Under the pieces are notes generated by a model. The model saw only the letters and a list, made by a program, of their open reading frames with translations. It did no database searches and was not told where the DNA came from. Shown here one piece after another: positions 30,973 through 41,211 of a stretch of 64,000 nucleotides of DNA. The first letter of the stretch is position 1. The number at the start of each line of letters is the position of its first letter. Made by a program: the position numbers and the translations under genes. Source of the DNA: an uncultured delta proteobacterium. Its GTDB lineage: Bacteria; Myxococcota_A; Polyangia; Polyangiales; Polyangiaceae. The stretch spans positions 992,001 to 1,056,000 of the forward strand of contig CAWJCS010000006.1 in the NCBI GenBank assembly GCA_963841435.1. Direction: 5' to 3'.

Positions 30973-32784
30973 TCAGGGTTCGAAATAGCGGCCGACCTGC
31001 TCGCGGTACTCTTCCGGAATGTCCGCGCCCTCGACCGCGCCCACCTCGGTGGGGCCGACGCTGCCGAGCTCCCCGGTGCCCACTTGATTAGCCGTCTCGC
31101 CCGGGCGACCCGGAGCGCGACCGAGCGTGGCACGGTGCATGGGAGCGCCCGGCAGCAGGTGCCCTTCGGTCTTGGAGCGCAGCTCCTTCACGTCGAGCCG
31201 CTCGGTGTGGCCGTCGTGCTTGGCGTCGCCGCCGTCGTCGCTCGAGCCGGGGCCCGCGCCCGGCTTACCGTCCTTTGCCGTCTCCTGCTTGGGTCCCGCT
31301 TGCGAGCCGCTCTGGCCGAGCGGTAGTGGGATCGCGCCGAGGGCGCGCTCCGCATCGGAGCCGCCGCGCTCGGCTTCGCCGAGACCCCGTTCGCGCTCGG
31401 CGTCGTCGCTCGGATCGCGCCGAGCGAGCTCTCGCAGCTCCTCGAGCAGGCGCTGCTCGGCGCCCTTTTCCCCGAGTCGCTTGGCGAGATCCTCCAGTTT
31501 TTCGCGCGTCATCGGTGACATCGACCCGTCGCCGCCCTGCTTCAGGTCCTGCTGCAGGCGCGCGGCCAGGCGTTGCCGCTCCTCCTCGCTGAGCTTGCCG
31601 AGCGCGCGGTCGAGCGCCTCGGCGAGCCTCCGCTGTGCCTCGGGGCTGCCGCTTTCGTTGGCCTCGCCGAGCGCGCGACGACCGTCCTCGTCGAGGGCGC
31701 CTTTCAGCCGGCGCGCGAGGTCGCGTAGCGCGTCCATCTTCGCCTCGGCTTCCTCGAGCTTCTTCCGTTCCCGCCCGAGCGCGTCAGCGAGATCGTTCGC
31801 GCCCTTCTCGCGGGCGGCGCGCTCGGCTTCTTCGAGGGCCTGCTTGGCGGCTTCGCGATCTTCCTTTTCGGCGAGAGACGCGAGGCGCTGCATCTCCGCG
31901 TCGAAGGCCGTGATGTCGCCGTCGCCGAGCGCGCGCGCCGCCTTCGCCGTGATCTTCTTCTGCGAGAGCTCGGACACGGCGGCGTCGAGACCGGCGCGGT
32001 TCGTGCGGTCGCCGAAGCGCAGCTTTTCGGCGGCGATGTCGTCGCGCAGCTTGGCGATGCGCGCCTGCGCCTCGCGCTTTTCGAGACCCTGGGCGAGCGC
32101 CTCGCGCAGCTTCTTGGCGCGCTCGGCGAGCGCTTTCAGCCGTTCGCGCTCCGCCGGGCTGCCCCCGCTGATCTCGGCGAGGGCCTCGATGCGCTCGAGG
32201 CCGCTCGGCTCCTTGAGCCTCACGCGCTCGGCACCGGGGGGCGCAGGAAGCGCGGCGGGCTTGGGCGGCAGCGGGATCACGGCGAGCCACAGCGCGGCGG
32301 CGCTGCCGACGGGAAGCGCGCCGTGCCAGCGAGACAGCGGGCGCGGACCGAGCGCCCTCGCGGGTCTCGCCTCGAGCGCGCTCGCCGCGCGGCGCTTTGC
32401 CGCCGAGCGAGCCTCCGACGCGCCGTCCTCGACGGCCGTGACGATAGCCTCCGAGGCTCCGAGCTTGGCGTCGAGATAGAGCGCGACGTCCGTATCGGAC
32501 CAGCGGCGCCTGAGTGCCACCCAGACGGAAGCGAGCACCCCGACGCCGAGGGCGCAGGGCAGGGCGAGCGGGCGCAGCGCCGCGAGCCTCTGCCACCACG
32601 CGAGCGCCGTCAAAAGGGCGCCCCCGAGCGCCCCCGCCGACACGCCGAAGAGCAGCACGCGCAACGCGAGCAGCGCTCGGACCTTCTGCGCGCGGCGCCG
32701 AAAGCTCCGTTCGAAGCCGGCCTCCGCGAGAGAAGCCGTGCCGTCCTCGTCTCGTGTCGGCTCTTCGCTCGCGTCGATGCTCAC
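30973..32784 (-). CDS. Membrane-anchored coiled-coil protein, probably part of the MoxR/vWA cluster
   Basis: Three N-terminal TM segments, long E/K/R/A coiled coil, Gly-rich tail ending IPEEYREQVGRYF. Start is GTG 32784 or ATG 32796. Confidence 0.8.
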   Translation of the reverse strand: MSIDASEEPTRDEDGTASLAEAGFERSFRRRAQKVRALLALRVLLFGVSAGALGGALLTALAWWQRLAALRPLALPCALGVGVLASVWVALRRRWSDTDVALYLDAKLGASEAIVTAVEDGASEARSAAKRRAASALEARPARALGPRPLSRWHGALPVGSAAALWLAVIPLPPKPAALPAPPGAERVRLKEPSGLERIEALAEISGGSPAERERLKALAERAKKLREALAQGLEKREAQARIAKLRDDIAAEKLRFGDRTNRAGLDAAVSELSQKKITAKAARALGDGDITAFDAEMQRLASLAEKEDREAAKQALEEAERAAREKGANDLADALGRERKKLEEAEAKMDALRDLARRLKGALDEDGRRALGEANESGSPEAQRRLAEALDRALGKLSEEERQRLAARLQQDLKQGGDGSMSPMTREKLEDLAKRLGEKGAEQRLLEELRELARRDPSDDAERERGLGEAERGGSDAERALGAIPLPLGQSGSQAGPKQETAKDGKPGAGPGSSDDGGDAKHDGHTERLDVKELRSKTEGHLLPGAPMHRATLGRAPGRPGETANQVGTGELGSVGPTEVGAVEGADIPEEYREQVGRYFEP

Positions 32785-32931
32785 GGTGCCCACCATTTTA
32801 ACATGCCTGGAAGCGGGCCGCCGCGCCCGGATCCGCGAGCCTCGCGCGAGGGGCCCGTCGCGGCCCCGTGGGCCTCGGCGTCGGGGCCTCGGCGCCTGCC
32901 GGCCCCGCGGCGGTGCTAGGCTGAGCGGAAG

Positions 32932-33831
32932 ATGCAGCACGCCGCGAAGGTCACGGCTCCGGCGCTCCGCGCGCGCAAGGCGCACGGTCCGAAAATCAGC
33001 GTCGTGACCGCCTACGATGCGACCTTCGCCCGCCTCTTCGACGAGGGTGGAGCCGATGCGTTGCTCGTCGGCGATTCGCTCGGCATGGTGGTGCAGGGCC
33101 ACAACACGACGCTCGGTGTCACGCTCGAGGACATGCTCTACCACGGTCGCGCCGTGGCGCGCGGCACGAGGCGCGCGCACCTCGTCGGCGATCTGCCCTT
33201 CATGAGCTACCAGACGGGCGTGGTCCCGGCGCTCGAAGCGGCGGGCCGCATGCTCAAGGAGGGCTCGTACGAGGCCGTGAAGCTCGAGGGCGGCGAAACC
33301 TACGCCGAGCACGTACGCGCGATCGTGCGCGCCGGCATCCCCGTGATGGGTCACGTGGGTCTCCTGCCGCAGTCCGTGCACGCCATGGGTGGTTTCAAGG
33401 TGCAGGGTCGCGACGACCAGTCGGCGGCGCGCTTGCTCGCCGATGCGCGCGCGCTCGAGCAAGCCGGCGCCTACGCCATCGTCGTCGAGGCCGTGCCCGC
33501 CGAGCTCGCGCGCCGCATCACCGAAGCCGTCGGCATCCCCACGATCGGCATCGGCGCCGGCGCTGCATGCGACGGTCAAGTCCTCGTAGGCTACGACCTC
33601 TTGGGCATGTACGGTGAGCTCCGACCCAAATTCGTGAAGCGCTACGCCGAGGTGGGCTCGCTCGTCGTCGAGGCCACGAAAGCGTATGTCTCGGACGTGC
33701 AGAGCGGGGCGTTTCCCACCGCGGCTCATGCCTTCGCCGCGCCGCGCGAGCGGCCAGCGTTGCCCGAGGTCACCGGTGACGAGTCCGTCGTCAAAGGCGA
33801 CCCCCCGCACTATGGACCGGCCGGCGATTGA
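32932..33831 (+). CDS. panB: 3-methyl-2-oxobutanoate hydroxymethyltransferase
   Basis: [43 protein letters not shown]. Confidence 0.97.
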   Translation: MQHAAKVTAPALRARKAHGPKISVVTAYDATFARLFDEGGADALLVGDSLGMVVQGHNTTLGVTLEDMLYHGRAVARGTRRAHLVGDLPFMSYQTGVVPALEAAGRMLKEGSYEAVKLEGGETYAEHVRAIVRAGIPVMGHVGLLPQSVHAMGGFKVQGRDDQSAARLLADARALEQAGAYAIVVEAVPAELARRITEAVGIPTIGIGAGAACDGQVLVGYDLLGMYGELRPKFVKRYAEVGSLVVEATKAYVSDVQSGAFPTAAHAFAAPRERPALPEVTGDESVVKGDPPHYGPAGD

Positions 33832-34736
33832 TGGTGAGCGGCGCCGCTACCCAGTCGCCGGAGGTCTGCGAAACGGTCGAGGCATTCCGCGCCGCGTGCG
33901 ACGCGGTACGCCACGGCGGCGAAACCCTCGGGCTCGTTCCGACCATGGGCGCGCTGCATGCCGGGCATCTTGCGCTCGTCGCCGAGGCTCGGCGGCGCGC
34001 ACAAAGGGTCGCCGTGACGATCTTCGTGAACCCCACGCAGTTCGGGCCGCACGAGGACCTTTCGCGCTACCCGCGCCCGCGTGAGGCCGACCTCGAGCTC
34101 TGCCGGCAGGCCGGCGTGAGCATCGTCTTCATGCCACCCGCGTCCGCCATCTACCCGCCGGGTGAAACGACGCGGGTCCGTGTGGGAGCCCTCACCGATG
34201 CGTTGTGCGGACCGCTTCGTCCGGGGCACTTCGAGGGTGTCGCGACCGTCGTCACCAAGCTCTTCGCGGCGGCCGGCCCGGCGATCGCCGTGTTCGGCCG
34301 CAAGGATTACCAGCAGCTTGCCGTCGTCCGGAGGCTGACACTAGACCTCTTGTTGCCCGTGACGATCGTCGGCCACCCCACCGTTCGCGACTCCGATGGC
34401 CTGGCCCTATCGTCGCGCAATGCCTACCTTTCGCGCGAAGAGCGGCAGCGCGCCCTCGCCGTGCCGTTTGCGCTCTCGGCCGTGGTGCGCGCGCACGCAC
34501 GGGGCGAGCGGAACGTCGGCGTCCTGCGCAGGATCGCCCGCACGATCCTCGAGCCCGAGGCGACGCGCCTCGACTACCTGAGCATCACCGACGCCGACGA
34601 TCTCACGCCGCTCATCGACAGCGCCGAGACGGGCGAGCGCGCGCTCTGCGCCGTGGCGGCCTTCATGGGCGCCACGCGGCTCATCGACAACGTCGTCCTC
34701 GGAGAGGACCCGGCGCCACGATCGGAGGCCGCATGA
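33831..34736 (+). CDS. panC: Pantoate--beta-alanine ligase
   Basis: [55 protein letters not shown]. Confidence 0.97.
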   Translation: MVSGAATQSPEVCETVEAFRAACDAVRHGGETLGLVPTMGALHAGHLALVAEARRRAQRVAVTIFVNPTQFGPHEDLSRYPRPREADLELCRQAGVSIVFMPPASAIYPPGETTRVRVGALTDALCGPLRPGHFEGVATVVTKLFAAAGPAIAVFGRKDYQQLAVVRRLTLDLLLPVTIVGHPTVRDSDGLALSSRNAYLSREERQRALAVPFALSAVVRAHARGERNVGVLRRIARTILEPEATRLDYLSITDADDLTPLIDSAETGERALCAVAAFMGATRLIDNVVLGEDPAPRSEAA

Positions 34737-35404
34737 AGCACGAGTCGCTGCCCGGCACCTTCATCGTCGTCGAAGGCGTCAACGGCTGCGGCAGCACGAC
34801 CCACGCGCGTCTGCTCGCCAAGTCGCTGCGCGCGCCCGGGCGCGAGGTGGTGCTCACCTGCGAGCCCACGAACGGTCCCGTCGGCGGATTGATTCGGCAA
34901 ATCCTGCAGCGGCGCCTGTTCGTCACCGACGCAACGGGCCCGCGTGGCTTCGCCTGGTCGACGATGGCGCTCCTGTTCGCCGCCGATCGCCTCGATCACC
35001 TCGACTCGGTGGTCATGCCCGCCCTGCGAGACGGCTCGGTCGTCGTGAGCGATCGGTACCTGCTTTCGAGCCTTGCCTACCAGTCGGCAACCTCGCCAGA
35101 GGGTGTCGACGCCGTGCCGTGGATCCACGAGGTGAACGTGCGGGCCCAGCGCCCCGATCTCACCATCGTGATCGACGTTCCCGCCAACGTCGCGGAGGGG
35201 CGCCGTCAGAACCGCGGCGGCACGGCGGAGGTCTTCGAGACGCGCGCGCTGCAGGAGCGGCTCGTGGCGATCTACGCGCGCGCCGAGACGCTCGTGCCGG
35301 GCGAGCGGGTGGTCCACCTCTCGGGCGTGGGCGAGTCGGCGGATGTCGCAGCCCGCATCCTCGAAGCGACGCTCGAGGCGCTCCCCGTGCTCAGGGGGCG
35401 CTAA
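34733..35404 (+). CDS. tmk: Thymidylate kinase (variant P-loop)
   Basis: [50 protein letters not shown] overlap with panC. Confidence 0.88.
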   Translation: MKHESLPGTFIVVEGVNGCGSTTHARLLAKSLRAPGREVVLTCEPTNGPVGGLIRQILQRRLFVTDATGPRGFAWSTMALLFAADRLDHLDSVVMPALRDGSVVVSDRYLLSSLAYQSATSPEGVDAVPWIHEVNVRAQRPDLTIVIDVPANVAEGRRQNRGGTAEVFETRALQERLVAIYARAETLVPGERVVHLSGVGESADVAARILEATLEALPVLRGR

Positions 35405-35453
35405 AAAGGCGGCCATAGGGGCGCGAAGCGGGTGCCCGTGGTAGATTCGCTGG

Positions 35454-36410
35454 ATGGTGTGGCGCTCGTCCTTGGCGTCCGTGGGCCTCGCGGTGGCGTG
35501 TGCCTGGGCATGCGGTGGAGCCTCCAACGTGGAGAGCGAGACGGGCGGGACGGGGCAGGGCGGCTCGACCGGTGGCTCTGGAAACGGTGGGGCCTCGGGA
35601 CGCGCGGGCGATGGCCCAGGGGCCCAGGGTGGCGTGGGCGGCTCGGCGGCAGTCGGCGGTGACGCCGGTAGCGCGCTGGGCGGTGTGGGTGGCATCGGCG
35701 GTGCCGGTGGTGCCGTCGGCGGTGTCGGCGGCGCGGGCGGCAGCGTTGGTGGTGTCGGCGGCGTTGGCGGCAGCGTCGGTGGCAGTGCGGCGAGCGGCGG
35801 TGACGCGGGCATCGCAGGCTCACTCGGGGGCACCGCCGGCGACGCCGGCGCGGCCGGCGCCCCGGGCTGCGTCGATCCCGACGGCGCCGTCCAGCCCATG
35901 AGTGGCGCGTCGGTCGCGAGCACCACGGTGGGCGAAAACGGATCCTTTACCGACACCTGCGACGAAAACGGAAACCTCGTCGAGTACGTCTGCGAGATGG
36001 CGCCCTGCACCGTCCAGCGCATCATCCCCGCCACGGGCGGCCAGGGCACGGGTGGGACCAGCGCCTGCCTGCCGATGGCGTCCGGTCAGGTCGTCCCCCT
36101 GTCCATCGACTGCGCGGGCCACTGCCGCGACGGCGCGTGCTTCGGCTGGTGCGCGAGCTTCGGCGACACGTTCACCGTGACGGCCGTCGCCGCGAACGGG
36201 CTCGAGATGAGCCGCGGCGACGACGCGTACTCGTGCTCGGTGGTGTTCCAGCGCGATGGCTACGATTGCCTTGGCGCGAGCCTCATGGGCCGCGAGCTCG
36301 TCGTGACCTCGCTCGGCGCCTGCGTCGGAGCCAGCACGACCTTCGGTTGGGACGATCTCGACGATCCGGCCACCGAAGAATGCGCGTTCACGTGCACCTT
36401 GCTCGATTGA
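35454..36410 (+). CDS. Lipoprotein with Gly-rich linker and Cys-rich C-terminal domain
   Basis: AWAC lipobox, long GGxGG tract, 12 Cys in the C-terminal part. Confidence 0.8.
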   Translation: MVWRSSLASVGLAVACAWACGGASNVESETGGTGQGGSTGGSGNGGASGRAGDGPGAQGGVGGSAAVGGDAGSALGGVGGIGGAGGAVGGVGGAGGSVGGVGGVGGSVGGSAASGGDAGIAGSLGGTAGDAGAAGAPGCVDPDGAVQPMSGASVASTTVGENGSFTDTCDENGNLVEYVCEMAPCTVQRIIPATGGQGTGGTSACLPMASGQVVPLSIDCAGHCRDGACFGWCASFGDTFTVTAVAANGLEMSRGDDAYSCSVVFQRDGYDCLGASLMGRELVVTSLGACVGASTTFGWDDLDDPATEECAFTCTLLD

Positions 36411-36521
36411 GCTTCGGTCTACCGGCCTGAGGGAGTCGGAAAGGGGGGACCCGCGAGACCGCTCGCGCCGAGCGCGATCTTGTCTTCCAAGACTGCCCAA
36501 GTTGAACGCTAGATCGGGCGC

Positions 36522-36854
36522 ATGCCGTGCCTGATCGGCTGCATCGCCATCCTGTTTCCGCGCCTTTCGCTGCTCTTTGTGTGGCTTTTCGGCGGCGACT
36601 ACCTCACGCGCGCCTACCAGGGCTGGATCTGGCCGCTCTTCGGATTCTTCTTCCTGCCGCTCACGACGCTCGCCTTCGCCTTCGGCATGAACTCGCTCGG
36701 GCCCCCGGGCGAGATGGGGCCGCTCGGCTGGCTGCTAGTGGCGCTCGGCGCGGCGGGAGACCTGGGGCTCCTCCGGGGGGGCGCCCACGGCGCCGAGAGC
36801 TTTCGCGGCCGCTCCCGGAGTGACGGGGGTTGGCGCCATCCTCCGCGGTCCTGA
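36522..36854 (+). CDS. Small conserved membrane protein
   Basis: FPRL..WLF, WPLFGFFFLPLTTLAF, three hydrophobic segments. Confidence 0.8.
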   Translation: MPCLIGCIAILFPRLSLLFVWLFGGDYLTRAYQGWIWPLFGFFFLPLTTLAFAFGMNSLGPPGEMGPLGWLLVALGAAGDLGLLRGGAHGAESFRGRSRSDGGWRHPPRS

Positions 36855-36892
36855 ACTTGCCCCGCAGCGCGGGTCATTGCCATAGTCGGGGT

Positions 36893-37348
36893 ATGCGAGG
36901 CCTCGTCCTGCTCGCTTCGTCCGCCGCCCTCGCGACGGCCTGTGGCGGCGCGCCGCGCGCCGAGACGGCGGCGAGCGCCCCGGCCACGGAAAAGGCCGCC
37001 CCGACGCCGAGACCCGCGCCGCCGCCCAAGGGCACGCTCCGGCGCGCCGACGTGAACGCCGTGCTCGATGCCGGTTTCGGCCGCTTCCTTCAGACGGTCG
37101 CCGTCGAGCCACGACTCGACGCCGGTCGCTTCCGCGGCTGGACGATCCTCGATCTCGAACAGGGCCCGTTCTACGACGCCGTCGATCTCAAGCCGGGTGA
37201 CGTGGTGACCCGCGTCAACGGGATGCCGATCGAGCGCGACACCGAGGCGTTCGACGCCTTCGAGTCGCTGCGTACCGCGTCGGCGCTCACGGTCGATTAC
37301 GCGCGCGCCGGGACCGAGCGCACGATCGTCTACCGCATCGTGCCCTGA
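36893..37348 (+). CDS. PDZ-domain lipoprotein (GspC C-terminus-like)
   Basis: Lipobox LATAC; GRFRGW, LKPGDVVTRVNG PDZ signature. Confidence 0.8.
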   Translation: MRGLVLLASSAALATACGGAPRAETAASAPATEKAAPTPRPAPPPKGTLRRADVNAVLDAGFGRFLQTVAVEPRLDAGRFRGWTILDLEQGPFYDAVDLKPGDVVTRVNGMPIERDTEAFDAFESLRTASALTVDYARAGTERTIVYRIVP

Positions 37349-37357
37349 GCGGCGCCG

Positions 37358-38491
37358 TCAGGTCGCGGCGAGCTGGAAGGCGACGAGCGCATCCAGCATG
37401 GCGCCGAAGCGTTGGCGCGAAAAGCGCGAACCGCTCGTGATCCAGTCGACGTGTACGCTGGGGGTCACATCGTCGTGGAAATGGCCGATCACGTCGAGGT
37501 GGTCGGCCTCGCCCGCCCACAAGAGCTCGCCCCAGATCATGCTGAGCGTCGGGACGATGCCGTCGCTCGTGGCATCGCCGATCTCGTGGTCGATGCCCGC
37601 CTTCAACAGATCGAGCTGGCGAGCGGTCGGCTTCGCATAGGGGTAGACGCGCGGTCGCTGCCCGGCAAACTGGTAGAGTGTCGAGAACATCGCCGCCGTG
37701 AGCGCCGCGTACGGCGAGCGGATGCGACGCGCGATGCGCAACGAACGGGGCGGTGGCGCCGCCGTGGCCACCGAGCCGTAGCGAACGCCAGAGCGATCCT
37801 CGGTCGCGGCGTTGAAGAGGTCCACGGCCTCCGGCATGATCTGCACGATGGCGCCCTGATCGACGCGAACCTTGCTCAAGAATTGCGAAATTTCCTCGCG
37901 CCCGTCACGATCGACGAACCTGAGGATGCCGTCCGTCACGCGGCTGACGAGCTTGAGATCGCCGCCGAACAGCGCGTCAACGCCGCCGACCCCGGCGAGC
38001 ACGCGCGAGAAGATCGCGAGCGACGGCTCGCCGAGCGTCAGCGAGAGCACCGTGAACAAGCTGAGCGCGTAGAGCACTCGCGTGCCCGACACCGTTGCGA
38101 AGTAGCTGGCGACGGGCGTGCCGTAGTGCGGGGTATTGAGCGTGATCGTCAACCGCACGCGCGGCCGCCAGGCGAGCTGCGCTTCGTCGACGCCGAGGCT
38201 CGCCGAAGGGGAGAGCACGAGACGCGCGTCGAGGCCTCCCGTCGAGTGCCCGACGAGGTGGATCGGGCCACCTTCCGTGGTCGTTCGCGCGACGGTGCTC
38301 GCGAGCACGCGCGAGCGGTAGCGCAGCGACGACGTGGGTGGCGCCGGCACGTCCTCGCAGATGACCTCGACACCCGCGTCGGCGTAGCGGCGCTCGATGC
38401 CGGCGCGAAGGTGCGTGAAGTAGTCGTAGCCCGCGAGCTTCGCGAAGCCGAACAGCCCCGGAACGAAGTAGACTCGGTGGGCCTGTGTCAT
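37358..38491 (-). CDS. Alpha/beta hydrolase, triacylglycerol lipase-like
   Basis: FVPGLFGF oxyanion region, GHSTGG nucleophile, TPHYGTP, DGIVP, DHLDVIG. Confidence 0.88.
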   Translation of the reverse strand: MTQAHRVYFVPGLFGFAKLAGYDYFTHLRAGIERRYADAGVEVICEDVPAPPTSSLRYRSRVLASTVARTTTEGGPIHLVGHSTGGLDARLVLSPSASLGVDEAQLAWRPRVRLTITLNTPHYGTPVASYFATVSGTRVLYALSLFTVLSLTLGEPSLAIFSRVLAGVGGVDALFGGDLKLVSRVTDGILRFVDRDGREEISQFLSKVRVDQGAIVQIMPEAVDLFNAATEDRSGVRYGSVATAAPPPRSLRIARRIRSPYAALTAAMFSTLYQFAGQRPRVYPYAKPTARQLDLLKAGIDHEIGDATSDGIVPTLSMIWGELLWAGEADHLDVIGHFHDDVTPSVHVDWITSGSRFSRQRFGAMLDALVAFQLAAT

Positions 38492-38540
38492 GGGGCGCTC
38501 AGGCCCGGGAGGCCGTGGATGGGCGCGTCGGCAGGCGGCT

Positions 38541-39422
38541 TCACTCGATGGTGACGCGGGCTTCGAGCGCGAAATCGAAGCGCAGCTCGCCGCCGGCGAT
38601 GCCGAGGTCGGTGAAGGATGCCTGGCGCAGGCGGTGCACGGCGAGCGTGGCAACACCCCGTGCGGGCAGCAGAGCCACGGGGACGGCGCCCGTGCCCGCG
38701 TCGTCGCGGAAGGCGCACTCCGTCGTCACCGTGCCCGCGTCGATCACGACGAGCACTCGATCGCCCGAGCTTCCCGCCGCCCAGGCGAGGGTGGCATCGC
38801 GCGCGGCGGAGAGTGACTCGACTTCGGCGAGCGGCGTTTCGCCGAGCCTCACGTCGGTGAGCTCCGCCGGCGCGGGCGCTGCCGCCGAGATGGGGCCGAG
38901 CGCGGCTGCACCCCCCGCGAGCGTGCCCGAGGTGGCGATCGTGTAGGTGCGGCCGCTCGGCAGGGGCTCCGGCGCCCGATCACGCGTGGTGTAGACCACG
39001 CCGGCGAGCGAGTCGGTGACCGTGGGGAAGGCGCGTGGCGCGAGGGTCGTGACGCTGCCACCCGCGGCGACGGTGACCTCCCCGGCGTCGAGCAGCTCGA
39101 TGCGCGTGAGGTCCCCGGTGGCGCCCGCCTCGCCCGCCACGACCTTGCGACAGGCACCGGCCTCGGGCGCGTCCACTGAGAGACCCGCGGCGGCCAGCGC
39201 GCGCCCCGCGTTGGCGTCGACCGGCAGGCGTGAGAAGGTGGCGAGCGCGTCGGCCCTCACCTCTTCGGGCGTGACCGCGGAAGCCGTGCGCGTGATGGTG
39301 ACGAGGGCGTGCGTGCTGCCGGCCGCTTCGGTCGCCGGGTCGCCATCGGTGCTCACGCCGCAGCCGAGCGCGGTGGCACCGAGCACGACCAGGTAGCGGG
39401 CGAACGTCGTCGAAGGCGACAC
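38541..39422 (-). CDS. Hypothetical lipoprotein
   Basis: Lipobox TALGC; beta-rich body. Confidence 0.75.
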   Translation of the reverse strand: MSPSTTFARYLVVLGATALGCGVSTDGDPATEAAGSTHALVTITRTASAVTPEEVRADALATFSRLPVDANAGRALAAAGLSVDAPEAGACRKVVAGEAGATGDLTRIELLDAGEVTVAAGGSVTTLAPRAFPTVTDSLAGVVYTTRDRAPEPLPSGRTYTIATSGTLAGGAAALGPISAAAPAPAELTDVRLGETPLAEVESLSAARDATLAWAAGSSGDRVLVVIDAGTVTTECAFRDDAGTGAVPVALLPARGVATLAVHRLRQASFTDLGIAGGELRFDFALEARVTIE

Positions 39423-39459
39423 TCCCTAGATCGTAGGCCAGGCGCCCGGGCCCCGCAAG

Positions 39460-40821
39460 TCAGCGGGGAAGCCTCGCGATCACGCTGCGGACCACGGCCC
39501 GCCCCTTGCCCTTGAGTTCGCGGAGGCTCTCCGGGCCAAGGTCGTGGGTTTCGGCGAGCAGTGCGGCGAGCTCCGCGGTGACGAGCGTCTCACCGGGGCG
39601 GGCGGCCGTTTCGAGCCGGCTCGCGACGTTCACGGCGTCGCCCCAGAGGTCGTAGAGCAGGCGCTCGCGGCCGAGCACGCCGGCCATCGCTTCGCCACGC
39701 GCGATGCCCACGCGCAAATGCAGGTCGCGCCCGCGCCGTGCCGCCACCTCGGCCACCTTGAGGTGCATGCTCAGGGCCGCGTCGGCCGCGGCTATCGCGT
39801 CGTGCGAGGTCGGCTTCTCGATGCCCAGCACGGCGAGGTACCCGTCGCCGATCGTCTTGATCTTTTCGAGCGCGTGGCTCTTTGCGACCCCGTCGAACTC
39901 CGAGAACAGCTCGTCGAGCAGCTCGACGAGCTCGGGCGGCTTGAGCGCCGATGCGAGCTGCGTGAAATCGCACAGGTCGGCCATCACGATCGTGAGCTTT
40001 TCGTGGGAGTCGGCGATCGGCGCCTCGCCGGCGCGCAGGCGCTCGACGATGCGGGCCGGCAGCACGGCCGAGAGGAGCTTTTCGGTCTTCTGGCGCTCGG
40101 CCTCGAGCTTCTCGTTGACGGCCGCGAGGGCGCTGTGCTGCCGTTCGATCGTGACGCGTTGCTCGAAATCCCTCGCCTTCGTTCGGTAGAGCATGCGCGA
40201 AAAGATCACGCAGACCGCCGTGAAGCCGGCGCCGTTGATGCCTTGACTGAACGCGAGGGGCGGCTCCGTCGTGAAGGCGAGCTGGCCCGCGAGGAAGGCC
40301 GCGTAGCCGGCACCGAACGCCAGATACGTCGGCAGGCTCTCGAACGTCACGAACAGCGCAGACCCGATGGCGACGATCAGATAGACGGTGATTCCCGCGC
40401 CGATGAGCTGGTCGACGCCCGACAGCACGCCGCTCCACACGAGGAAGAACGCCGTCGTGATATAGGCGACGCGCGCCTTCGACGCGGCATTGGCGGTCAG
40501 CTGCGACACCAGCATCGAAAGAGCGGTGCCGACGAGCATCATGACGTGCAGGACGAAGAGCCAGCTTTGCCAAGTGCGCTCGGGGGCGCTCTCGGCCGGC
40601 GCCTGGACGAGGTCGTGCACGACGAGCCCGAGGTGCACGACGAAGAGCAGGATCGAGAACGCGCGTAGCCGCTCCACCGCCTGTTTGCCGAGCTCCTTTC
40701 GGAAGAGAGAAAGCTCCTCCGCAGCCAGGCCGATGCGGTGCCGGAGCGCGAGCCGCCCCAACCCGAGGGCACGTCCACGCGTGGCTGCCTCGGCGCGTTC
40801 GACCATCGCGTCGTCGAGCAT
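39460..40821 (-). CDS. Membrane-bound class III adenylate cyclase
   Basis: About six TM helices, coiled coil, VLPARIVERL, ADLCDFT, KIKTIGDGY, YDLWGDAVNVASRLE. The K/D pair indicates ATP specificity. Confidence 0.9.
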   Translation of the reverse strand: MLDDAMVERAEAATRGRALGLGRLALRHRIGLAAEELSLFRKELGKQAVERLRAFSILLFVVHLGLVVHDLVQAPAESAPERTWQSWLFVLHVMMLVGTALSMLVSQLTANAASKARVAYITTAFFLVWSGVLSGVDQLIGAGITVYLIVAIGSALFVTFESLPTYLAFGAGYAAFLAGQLAFTTEPPLAFSQGINGAGFTAVCVIFSRMLYRTKARDFEQRVTIERQHSALAAVNEKLEAERQKTEKLLSAVLPARIVERLRAGEAPIADSHEKLTIVMADLCDFTQLASALKPPELVELLDELFSEFDGVAKSHALEKIKTIGDGYLAVLGIEKPTSHDAIAAADAALSMHLKVAEVAARRGRDLHLRVGIARGEAMAGVLGRERLLYDLWGDAVNVASRLETAARPGETLVTAELAALLAETHDLGPESLRELKGKGRAVVRSVIARLPR

Positions 40822-40840
40822 ACCGACTTTCAGGCCGGGG

Positions 40841-41143
40841 CTAGCGGAAGCGCGACGGGAAGGTGCCGTCGGCGGCGCTCCGCTCGAGCACGCTATCGCC
40901 TGGGTGCAGCGCGAGGGCGCGCCGGAGCAGCACGGCCTCCGATTCCGGGCGCGCTGGGTCTGGGACGCAGCACGCGACGGGGCACACGGCCTGGCACGCC
41001 TCCCCAGCATGGTAGCCGACGCACTCCGTGCAAAGGTCCGGCTCGATGACGTAGAGCGCACCCCCCTCGTGGATCGCGTCGTTGGGACATTCCGGTTCGC
41101 AGGCCCCGCAGTTGATGCAATCATCGGTGATCACGGTTGCCAT
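40841..41143 (-). CDS. YfhL-family 2[4Fe-4S] ferredoxin
   Basis: CINCGACEPECP and CTECVG...CQAVCP. Confidence 0.92.
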   Translation of the reverse strand: MATVITDDCINCGACEPECPNDAIHEGGALYVIEPDLCTECVGYHAGEACQAVCPVACCVPDPARPESEAVLLRRALALHPGDSVLERSAADGTFPSRFR

Positions 41144-41211
41144 GCGCCAAAATCCCCGGACGGGGACACTAGCACTCGGCCGCAGCCCGTGACATAGAGC
41201 CCCCCTCCGGA

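Noticed and set aside
35540-35870. Gly-rich GGxGG tracts, also at 48370-48670, as collagen-like or PE-PGRS proteins
   Set aside because: No G-x-y periodicity or PE domain; they are flexible linkers after a lipobox.
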